A stretch of DNA of 64,000 nucleotides from Orbicella franksi (Eukaryota), in contig OZ116698.1 in NCBI GenBank assembly GCA_964199315.1, positions 34,038,001 through 34,102,000 of the forward strand. The letters run 5' to 3'. The notes beneath the pieces were generated by a model. That model saw nothing but the letters and a program-made list of their open reading frames with translations, had not been told where the DNA came from and did no database searches. Below are positions 15,085 through 25,454 of this stretch, in pieces (positions within the stretch are counted from its first letter, which is position 1; each line of letters opens with the position of its first letter). The translations under genes were made by a program, and so were the position numbers.

Positions 15085-16915
15085 AGTGCCACTGAAACGA
15101 AATTTTCGTACTCTCTTTTTTTAGCCCAATTCATAGTTTCAAACGTGCTTAAAATAATGGTGAACTTTATTTCTGTCAAATCCTAACGGAAAGTGCTCTT
15201 TTTAGCTGCTGAAATCGACTTTTTGGAGCAAAACTGTGTCCGGGCTCTGGAACCGAGTTTAAGGACCTTGTGACGTCACTGGTTGTATTCACGCAAGAAG
15301 CGCTTAAGATTCTCTCTTGTTTTCACTTGATTTATTTAAGTTTATTCTTCATATTGTCGATACCTACTAGTTTCCTACCTTGTAATCTCAGTCCAGCCTT
15401 GACAGGAAATACACATCATAAACGTTGGAGGGCGCCAAAGAATGTAGATTCACCAAAATGAATGCTACAGATTAGAACAGCTCAGTATACTTTTCGAACA
15501 TCTTGAGTACTCGATTGGAGATTTCGAAGACGAGTGTGGCAACTTTTGTATCACGTCCTGAAGCCTAAACACGATATTTCGTCGTCTGTTTTCAGCCTGG
15601 TTCTGAAATTTGGATTCTCACGTTTATCTAAGGTCTATTAACAAGGTTCGAATATGTCCTCGGCAACTTTGCTGCATTAAAAGCCGTAAGCGCATCAGCC
15701 ATCCGCACAATCATGAAGTTATTAACGGTCCACAAGCTTTGAGTCGAGTACTTCTTTGCACACAGAGAGCATCTTTTTATGATACTAATAAGTGAGAGTT
15801 CTTGTGGTAGACAAAATGTATCTTTGAAAATTGTGATCCGCAGCAGGGTTTGCTTTATCGCCGCATACGTATCAGTGTAAACAAAGCGGGAATTTCGCTT
15901 CTCTTTTACACGTATCTCCCAATTGTAATATTTCACGGCCGATGGATAACTTGGAGTTCTTTAGCACATACTTATGTCTATGATCTTCATTTAATAGTAT
16001 TCAAGTTCAAAGCAATTCGTTAAACGTCACTAGTTTATTATTTAGTCGAAGGTTTATTAAACAGAATTTGAACTAATTTGCATATATGACCTTTCGCCGC
16101 CGACATTGTCACGCTTTCTCTCGTTTCCTGAAAACATATAATTGTAGGGTCATGGCAGCTAAGTTTACCTTTATAGTTTAAATTCGCTCCCTCATATAAA
16201 ATAAGAGGGTTTCTTAAATTGTTGCTGTTGTGATAACTTGTAGGATGTAGCAGATACAACTAGACTAAAGGTCACTGTGGCACAATCTCGTCCGCGGTGA
16301 AACTCACAAAACGTCCGGTTTCCTCGAAGCGAAGCGACTCGAAAACTCGAAACGTTGTTGCTACGATTCGTGCAGCAGCACTCCGGATAATATTTTCAAA
16401 AGCCGCTTTCTCTTGTTTTCATTTCTTTTAACTTTATGAGTGTAGATATTGTTTAATTGAGTGCTGGCCATTTCACTAAGAGTCCCGAACATTTTGCGAT
16501 CTAAGAACTCCCACTCGTTTGCTTGCTTACATAAAATATCCAATTAAATAGACTGAAAAGCCCCAGGATCGACTCTCCACCTCTTCATGTCTAAGGCTAC
16601 TCTTATTATCTGCTTTACAGCCCTGAGATGTCCTTAAGATGTTTTTGGGGGGCTTCGAACAGTATTCTCTTCTCCCATAATCACTCTAAATTTTCAGCGC
16701 GGCATGAGAGCAATACAACCAGTGACGTCACTAGGCTGTTTTGGCCGCGCCAAGATGGCCGCCAATTTTGGGCTTAACCAGCCAATTTCGAACGGCTGAA
16801 AAAGCAGTTTTCGCTTACCGTATGCGAAAAAAAAGTCTGCAGTGTTTCCAAGTAAGGTTGAAACTTTATTACTAAGCAAAAATCTCACATACGAAAATTT
16901 CGTTTCAGTGGCACT
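15085..16915. mobile_element. Non-autonomous DNA transposon, Kolobok-like, 1831 bp
   Basis: Terminal inverted repeats AGTGCCACTGAAACGAAA(A)TTT at both ends, flanked by TTAA at 15081-15084 and 16916-16919. No intact transposase ORF inside. Confidence 0.8.
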
Positions 16916-18347
16916 TTAACTGAAATGGCACAAATGCTAATTAAAAGTCCAAGCTATGAAGATAACGCATAGGTTTGTAGCGATCTGTGAATGTAATCAA
17001 GGACCCATCAATCGTTGAAACTCTGTATTTTTTTTTTTTTATCGGATCCCAACTCTGTAACATAGCCAAAAACGATAGTAAAATATCAGTTAGCGTTTTC
17101 GGAGTAACGCATAAACGTTATAAAATTTTTATTCAAAAACAGATTATTACACATAAAAATCTGTGCTTAGAAATTGCTAGTGCATGTATTTTAATTTCAA
17201 TGTTTACCTCTTGACTTGCTGGAATATGAAACAAAGGTGATTTTCACCTAGTTTTCAAAGGTTGTGTTACTTATTTTAAGGTATATTATCAAAGGTGTAA
17301 AATTATTGCGAGAACATTTTCAAAATCTTGAACAATTCATCCAAACAAAGTAATCATGACCGTAACATGGCCCTGATTAACATCATGAGATGCTTTTCAC
17401 TTCTCGACTTTTTTGTTATCAGTGACGCTTTAAAGTCTTTTAATAAACTAACCAGTTTACAGCAGCAATACTTGAGCCCTGAACTTTTCGCAAAAAACCT
17501 CATTTGTTACGGCCGGTAGTGCTAGCTAGTTTAGCGCATTATTGTTAATATGATACGTGGAAATTACTTGCGACCATTAAATAAACAATACAGGTGCCAG
17601 AATCGAAACAAAACGCTTACGCCTCCGATGATTAACCACGAATCAGGCGAAACAGTTCAACTTCTAGTGGTATTGAAACGCGTGTTTCTGAAAATTAAAG
17701 AGTTCAACATGTGGAATCCGGCATCGCTCGAGGACTAAAAGAAACACACGAGTCATTTTCTCGCTCAGATCAAGGTAGATTCAAGGTGGAAAGAAAAGAT
17801 TCTTTATTGTGAAAACAACGAGAACGATCTAAAATTGAAAAGGCCACAGGAGGTACGAATACCTGCTGCTTTAAAAGATGCCTTATTGTACAAATTTTTA
17901 ACTGATTCAATATTGTCCAGTCTGTAGCCATTGATAAGTATGATTCCGATATATGCAAATTAACAATTTCTGATATTCGTGTTAGTCACGTAAGGTTACA
18001 ATACACTTCAACCAAGCTTACCTCAAGCTTTGTTTCCGGCTCTGCTGTACAGTTGCACTACAACTCTTACTCACTCATGTTATAATAAAAAGAAATAAAC
18101 AGTCAAAAAGTAAAGTATCATTCCTCTGTGTTTAATTTATAAGTAATTTATGAATGTCATTCAGACTTATTGGGACTCGTTAGATGCAGTTTTGCAATAA
18201 GTTTATGAAATGGAGAACACAACAATGAAAAGCGTTGCATATTTGATATAAGTTACTACCGTTCAAGGTAAGACTTCGCGACAAGATCACAATATGCCAG
18301 ATCAGTCATGAGATGACTGTTCAGCTATTTTAAAACTTGGTTAAAGT

Positions 18348-18541
18348 NNNNNNNNNNNNNNNNNNNNNNNNNNNNNNNNNNNNNNNNNNNNNNNNNNNNN
18401 NNNNNNNNNNNNNNNNNNNNNNNNNNNNNNNNNNNNNNNNNNNNNNNNNNNNNNNNNNNNNNNNNNNNNNNNNNNNNNNNNNNNNNNNNNNNNNNNNNNN
18501 NNNNNNNNNNNNNNNNNNNNNNNNNNNNNNNNNNNNNNNNN
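18348..18541. other. Assembly gap (N run)
   Basis: 194 consecutive N. Confidence 1.
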
Positions 18542-20166
18542 ACTCTACTCTACTTTACACCATTAAACAACTTGAAAAATGAACGAAAAAAATTTCGCGA
18601 CAGTATTGAGAAAAAATACTTACAGCTCTACTGGAAGCAAGGATATATATTTTCTATTTATTTTTCAAGGTCGCTTTTGAACATTGCCCATTGTTTGGCA
18701 AATAACGTATATACGGTGGGTAAATAGCACTTGTGACGGCAAATACAATATGTGCAGCAGTTTCCTATATAAAAAGTCTTGGTTATAGCTTTTTAGAGTC
18801 AAGCTCTGAAACCTTTGGAGTGACAATTAAAAAAAACGAGTCCAAAGCCAGGTTTTCAATGGTTGTAAACAATTGTAATAAAAGTAAAGACAAAACGGCC
18901 CAGCCTCTAAATGTAAATTTTTGCGACAGGTAATTCTATCGGGTTTTAAAACAAAGATGACGAGATTCATTAGCTGCCAGCCGACAATTCACCAAAAACG
19001 CCTTCTTTACAAATATCAGCTAATATCAGATGTTTTAAGATAATAACCGATAATTAAGAAAACCTGACAAAGCCGATATGTTTCCGTATTACCTTCGCCA
19101 GATATCGTTTTACCTTCATAAGAGGATACATCTTATTCGTTAATTGCAAAACAGCAGGTTACAATTTCCAAGGTAATATCTGATAAGTTGCTAGGCGGAA
19201 CTAGCTTTCTAATTATTTTTCCACTGCGCGACAGCAAGTGACAATATTACAACTATGAACTCCCAAAACCTGCAGTTAAGAAACACCCTGTGTGATTAAG
19301 GTAAAAATAACATATTAATCAACCAAAATTGAGGTTTTTTATTTATAAACAGATGTCAGCGAGAAGTGATATTGGAAAATTAATAGCAGCTAACACGGAA
19401 ACCTGCTGCAAACGGCCAATGGTTTCAACCATTTCTGAAACGTCACTTTAGAAGTTCGAACTCAAGATTATAAATTGTCTCATGTTAGAAAGACATCAAT
19501 GTAAAAACGTAAGTCTTATTTCGAGCCCGTTAGAAATTTTAATGCAGGTTAGTAAATAAAACTGCATGTTATTACTTTGAAGCTAATTGTTAACCACAAG
19601 ATTTAATTTTGGAATTCCGAGCAATATGTAGTTCGCCTAGGCCAAGCGCTGATTGAAATCACGCTTCACAAATTCAATTTCATCTTACACCAAGTACTCT
19701 ACTCGTAATCAACTCCTTCTCAATTCAAGTTTAAGTAGCTTGAAACATTTCTCCTGACATTGTCGGCTTTCTTGAATGCTCAAAATTAATTTACCCAATA
19801 CCAGCCAGTACAAATTGTTACCGAATATGAAATGAAAATTCAACCAAAATGTATGCTCATTGCGTTCTGTTCCACGGAGTCCAAGGATTGTAATAATTGA
19901 TAATAATTTTCCTTTTATTTAGAACCTTGTACCTTAGTAAAAGGTTGTTTCCCGGTATATAACTAAGATAGATATTCATTATCGGTCAAAGCGATCGCGC
20001 GCTGATAAACCTGTTTAGTTTTCTTTGACTAATTGCCGATAATTATTTTCTGTCTTAGAGGTAAATTCAATCTTGGGCGCTGTCATCAAACAAGGGATAG
20101 TCAAGACACAGTAAAGTCAACTCCACATCAAGCAACATTTGGGTTTAAAAACCTGCTGGTCCATAA

Positions 20167-21207
20167 ATGTCGAATAACACAGATTCTGAGCTACCGAATG
20201 AAACCATAAGAAATGTCAAACTGGGCTTTTACATCGCCAGCGTAATAATCGGTTTTATTGGTAACACTTTGGTGATTGCAGTCATTTCGGGCAAGAAAAA
20301 CAAACGGTCAGTTTATGATCTTTTTATTCTGAATCTTGGAATTGCGGACTTGAGTTTCATCGTTTTCTACATGCCTCTATACATCTACGAGCATCTTAGC
20401 TCAATCTACAAAACACTATTGTACTGTCGACTTGTGCAGCCCTTACTGACCATCTTCTATTTTTTGAGCATCTTCACCATCGCTTCTATGGCGATCCATC
20501 GCTGTAGGTTGATTACCAACCCTTACAAACGCAAGATGAAGAAGCGAGGAGCATATCTGTGGATTGCTGCTATTTGGATTTCTTCGTTCATAATCATCTT
20601 ACCATTGTCGATCGTGGCAAAAGTAAAAGACGGCTACTGTTTAGAGAACTGGCCCTCCATGGATCATCGTAAAGCCTACACGCTGGCACTTTTCCTCCTT
20701 CAGTTTCTGTTGCCTTTGTCGATCATCGCGGCAGCATACCTGAGAATTGGTGTTTATCTCTGGCGATCAGCTGATCCACAAAGCTCTTTATCCACAGCGA
20801 AGAAGAACAGGGCACAGAAGAGACGGAAACAGAACATCCAAGTCATCAAAACACTCGCATTGATAGTGATTCTTTTTGCTATCTGTTTGCTTCCAGGTCA
20901 AATCGCTTGGCTTATGTGGGACTTTGGAGATCAACATGACGAACGCATCGTCCATGTGATTTTTATTTTCTCCGATATTCTTGATTGCTTGCACGCATGT
21001 GTAAATCCAATAGTCTATGGCCTGTTGACTGAACAGTTTCGTCGACAATACATCAGATATTTCTCGTATTGTCTTTCATGCGGAACAAAGCAGGTGAACA
21101 CAGAGCCTGAAACGCGAAATGTGGAAAGTACGGTGGAAATTTTATCACCAGCGAGGAATAGAAGACACCTTATCTCTGAGGAAGTCGAGACAGTGGCGAA
21201 TAACTAG
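20167..21207 (+). CDS. Single-exon rhodopsin-class GPCR, tandem paralog of 9818-10909, 346 aa
   Basis: Same architecture: GFIGN, NLGIAD, AIHRC, CLENWPSMDHRKAYT, FLLP, CLLP, NPIVY. Several blocks are near-identical to the first GPCR (CLENWPSxDHRxAYT; KTLAxIVxxFAxCxLPxQxAW). Confidence 0.93.
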   Translation: MSNNTDSELPNETIRNVKLGFYIASVIIGFIGNTLVIAVISGKKNKRSVYDLFILNLGIADLSFIVFYMPLYIYEHLSSIYKTLLYCRLVQPLLTIFYFLSIFTIASMAIHRCRLITNPYKRKMKKRGAYLWIAAIWISSFIIILPLSIVAKVKDGYCLENWPSMDHRKAYTLALFLLQFLLPLSIIAAAYLRIGVYLWRSADPQSSLSTAKKNRAQKRRKQNIQVIKTLALIVILFAICLLPGQIAWLMWDFGDQHDERIVHVIFIFSDILDCLHACVNPIVYGLLTEQFRRQYIRYFSYCLSCGTKQVNTEPETRNVESTVEILSPARNRRHLISEEVETVANN

Positions 21208-21325
21208 AAGGGGTCACCGGCTTCTAAAGATATCAGTACGTGCAGGGAGAGTTCCTCTCCAAGATATTCCTTTTCTTGGCAGAACCCTACCCTATGCACA
21301 AACTGGCATCCCGTGAAACCCACGT

Positions 21326-24000
21326 CAAATCAAATCAAATCAAATCAAAACTTTACTTATCGAGGGTGACACGTAATAGTTTATCAACTAATAAATTTGT
21401 GGCCCTCTTAAATGTACTAAAAGTTAAAAATTTACTATAAACAATAATCAAAGATTATCACTAAAATATCGCAATCTAAAAATTGTTATTTAAAAAAGGA
21501 GTAAAAATCTTATCCTTGAGCTCACTTCATTTAAAATGTTTGTGCAAAGCGTTCTTAAGGATATTTACAGATGAAGAGTCGCGCAGCTTAAGGGGGAGAT
21601 GATTCCAACGTTTAATAGTCGTTGCAGAAAACGTGCGACCTCCCTCTTTCGCTCTATTAAATCTTATCGGTAAAATGGTAAAATTAGCGCCCCGTGTATT
21701 CCTATCGTGCTGGCTGTTATTTAGTCTTAATGAATCGTTTATGTGTAACGGGCAAGCACCCATAGTCCTTTTATGAGCTATTGTACATCTTTTTATATCA
21801 GTCTCGATCAGGAGCCATAATCGGGGACGGAGACCGTAAGCGCGCGCCATTTCAAGTATTGGGGTTGTCCCCATGATATGGCCATGGGAAAATAATTCTA
21901 TTTTTAGAACAAATTGCGCCATCACGTGCGGCACACGCGCGTACATGCTGCGAGGATTTCTACGGATGTCGCGCGGGGGAAATGGCGTCCGAAATTCCCG
22001 AAATGTTTCATGTTTTTGCCCCACAACTCAACGCGTTTACGTCTGTTGGAATTTTGCTTAAGTATTTTCGTCGTAAGCTGCTCCAGTTTGAGTGAAGTAA
22101 GACAGTGTCGAATTTAGGTATGTTCCGCTGTAAGCTTATATATATCGCTGACCAAGTTGTGTTCCGACGGATGCTTCTTTTACATGAGCTGTACATTACT
22201 CCACTTTAAATTTCACATATGTTGAAGATTAACAGCTTTTCCATTACACAGCAAAAAACTAGCTGGATATATTTAGATATAGCAGAGCTTCAGGACTTCA
22301 TAGTTTCCTAGCTCCTATTGCCACACGCTTGCGAGGAATTTGTCAGTCTATCGCGATCGAAAAGTAAAACAAAATAATTGCTAGTTTGAGTTTCGCTTGA
22401 ATTGTAAGCAACGCTTGATTTTTCATCAAGGCTTAATAACTTTACGTCCGTAGATACTGCTCAGTTTTATTCGTGTAAAAATCCAGTAAATTCTCTGTTG
22501 TCGATGAATGAGAGCGCCCGCCGATGCGTGTTTTGTACAGTCAGTAAACATGACAAATTGTACTTCCGCCGCACTTTCGTGTGAAAGCGTACATCGAATT
22601 CAAACAATAACTCTATAGTTTTTAAATATGTTTAAGATTGATAAATGTTTGAGAACATATTAAAAGCTAAGCTGGAAATATGTGAATAAAGCAGAAACAA
22701 TCAGCAAAGTTACGATGACGCTTTCTTTAATCAACTTGGAATAACGATTTCGATTTAGATGATCGAGTTATCAAAACTCCTTGTCTATTTTCATTTTCGC
22801 AGTGTAAAACTTCACTATGCTTATGTTGAAGAAACACACATGATGTTAGTAGCCTTTTTTTCATTCGTGAAATTTGTTGCAGCATCTCAGCACAAAAGAT
22901 AACGAAAGAAATCTTTGTCAAGAGTTGTTGACAATTGAAAACACCGACTCGGACTTGAAAGTGCACGAGCTGCATGCGCTATGCAAATGAGCTAATTGTA
23001 CGCGTCAGACTTTCCTTTCAAAAACTTTTGCAAACTCACCAAACAAGCAGAGACAATAAGAAACCATCAAAACAGGTTTTGGTTATGATTAAACATTGTC
23101 TGAGAAACTCACAAATTAATTCGATACCAGAGTAGAGAGTTTTCTTGCTATATTCTTAAGCATACGCGTAAGCTTACAACTAGCGTGAGCAGATCTTATT
23201 ATTCATTCCCAGCGCGAGATTGAAGTCTTGTTTTCGACCCTGAAAAACCCACCTTTTCCGTTAGCTCAGAGCATAAAACTACATATAAGCGCCCTGGTTC
23301 GTATTCCCTGCCTTATTCCCTGCCATCGCTGTGAAAAATACGCAAGAGAATCTCTCAACTCTCACCATTTGATCACGCAACGTTACAACATCCGCGCGAG
23401 AGCCCCTGACATGTGCGTGAATCCGCGCGCATATATGACGTCAGGATGGCGCAATTTGTTCTAAAAATAGAAAAATTGTCCCATATCATAGGTGCGCGCG
23501 AATCCCGAGACTTGCGGTCTCCGTCCCTGATTATGGCTCCTGTCTCGATGTAATATGGCACCCATCCTAAGGTATTAAATAGATCTACAGTGCTATGGCG
23601 TTGTTGGGCGTCAAGGATATTACGAGCACAACGTTTTTGCAGCCTGAATATCTCACTTATGTTGTCTTGGCTTCAGCAGCTTGTCCATGTTACGCTGCAA
23701 TATAATATCAATGGCTTAATTAAAGAGTTATAATAAAGTATACGCTCTGCTCTTGGAAGATAAGCCTTGATTCTGTTAAGTATACCGATACGCTTCACTA
23801 TCTTCTTACATAAAGAGTCGATATGAATATCGAAACTGAGTTCTTCATCAAGTTCAAGGCCTAGCAGTTTAACGTTCTTAACCTGCTCTAGTGTGCTTCC
23901 TTCGAGCTCTATCTCAAGCTTTCGACCTTCATCACTCAAACGTTTCCGTAAGCGCGGTCCATCAATTAGCATTGTCTTCGTCTTGGAACAAGACGGTCAT
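21326..24000 (-). mobile_element. 5'-truncated L2/CR1-clade LINE (RT C-terminal region and 3' end), split by a DNA-transposon insertion
   Basis: ORF 23673-23972 (KTKTMLI...VKLLGLELDEELSFDIHIDSLCKK...YYNSLIKPLILYCSVTW) and ORF end 21527-21800 (...GGRTFSATTIKRWNHLP) resemble the L2/CR1 RT C-terminus. A (TTTGA)n tail lies at about 21326-21350. The 5' boundary is approximate. Confidence 0.85.
21809..23542. mobile_element. Non-autonomous TIR DNA transposon, 1734 bp, hAT- or P-like
   Basis: Termini CAGGAGCCATAATC(G/A)GGGACGGAGACC with long imperfect subterminal inverted repeats. Direct repeat TCTCGAT at 21802-21808 and 23543-23549 (8 bp, GTCTCGAT, if the terminal G is counted as flank). Confidence 0.85.
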
Positions 24001-24140
24001 CTCTTTGAAAACTACTAAACATCCCATGGCTCATAGTAACTCTCATTTTTTTTTAACTTGGAAAATATTTATATTTTCCAAGTTGTATTGATGGGACAAT
24101 TTCACTCAATCACTGCTTCACTTCCTGTTAGAGATTTAGA

Positions 24141-24565
24141 ACCCCGGGGGGAACTCCCATATGAGAAGGTCAGGGATGCTCGTCGGAAAATTTGGATTTA
24201 GCTCCCAAAGGAGACTAATGTGGGCGTTGCTCGAGCATCATTAGACCCCTAAAAGCTACCACTTAAAAGGGAATAGGTTTGATTACTAGCCACTGTTTAA
24301 GGATCCCGCGCGCACTTGTAGGCTCGACTCTCGTACTCGAGAGAACAGCGGAAAACAAATGACAACGTTTCTTTTATTATTTCTTCGAGTGCACCCTAAA
24401 GGATACTTTGACAAATAAGAATCATTCTTATTTGTGGCGTGATGGTGATGGTGGCGTTCCGTCATCAACACCCTAAGTGAGACCAGAATCCTTGATTTGT
24501 GCCCGAGACGACGAGAATCCCCCACCTTTTCATATAGGAGTCCCCTCCCCCCCCCCCCCTGGGTT
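24141..24565. mobile_element. MITE with CCC(C)GGGGG...CCCCC(T/C)GGG termini
   Basis: Imperfect inverted ends (ACTCCCATATGAGAAGG / CCTTTTCATATAGGAGT). Related elements lie at about 35005-35405, 39310-39640 and 39785-40060. Confidence 0.6.
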
Positions 24566-24572
24566 TCGAATA

Positions 24573-25446
24573 TCGCGCTGTCCAAGGCCGTTTTACAGTC
24601 GTTTGCACCGTGTCAAGTTAGATATTCTTTGGATTTCTGACGCAAGTACTCAAAATCTTAATGCAGAAATGATCTACGTTGAATAGATTTTCGCACGGAC
24701 ATTTTTATAGATAGAAGCTAATTATAAACGAAAATAAACAATTTTTTTCCATGACCTTTCCGAGTTTTCCATGACCAAAGTTAAGCAGTTGTTCTCACAG
24801 CAGTACCAAAACAATCATTTATTTAACGTATTTTCCAACATTATAATGCATAAAATGTGTGCTTGTGTTTATTTCTACTAAAATTGAAGCCTGTTTCTGA
24901 CTCGTCTGTTATTTTTTAAATTTTTAAAATTTGTTTACCAAGCATATTACTTTTCAATGACTTTCCATGACCTCCATGACTTTCCAGGCCTGGAAATTGA
25001 AATGACAAATTCCATGACTTTCCAGGTTTTCCATGACCTGTACGAACGTTGGCTAACAGATTAGAGAATAATCTGTAGGTTTTTAGCCAATGAGAAGACA
25101 GATGGTGACTACAATGTATAATAATAAACAATTATTGGATGACGTTTTTGTGATATCCAGAGTAATCAAGGTCGAGGTAGGGGTTATCAGCCGAAGCCGA
25201 AGACTTTGGCTGATAACCCTTACCGAGACCTTGATTATTCTGGATATCACAAAAACCTCATCCAATAATTGTTTAATTTCGTTTATAATTAAGTAATTAG
25301 CTTATATCTAAAAAAAACGTCCGTGCGAAAATCTATTCAACGTAGATCATTTCTGCATTAAGATTTTGAGTACTTGCGTCAGAAATCCAAAGAATATCTA
25401 ACTTGACACAGTGCAAACGACTGTAAAACGGCCTTGGACAGCGCGA
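24573..25446. mobile_element. Foldback element with ~160-bp inverted arms and nested repeats
   Basis: 24573-24733 is a near-perfect reverse complement of 25277-25446. The interior holds a TTTTCCATGAC-repeat segment and a palindromic MITE (about 25120-25275), which explains the mirror-image ORFs 25083-25265(-) and 25090-25296(+). Confidence 0.8.
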
Positions 25447-25454
25447 CGGGTCAC

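Noticed and set aside
18348-18541. Assembly gap between the GPCR paralogs possibly hiding another copy
   Set aside because: Content unknown; the flanks show no GPCR-coding sequence.
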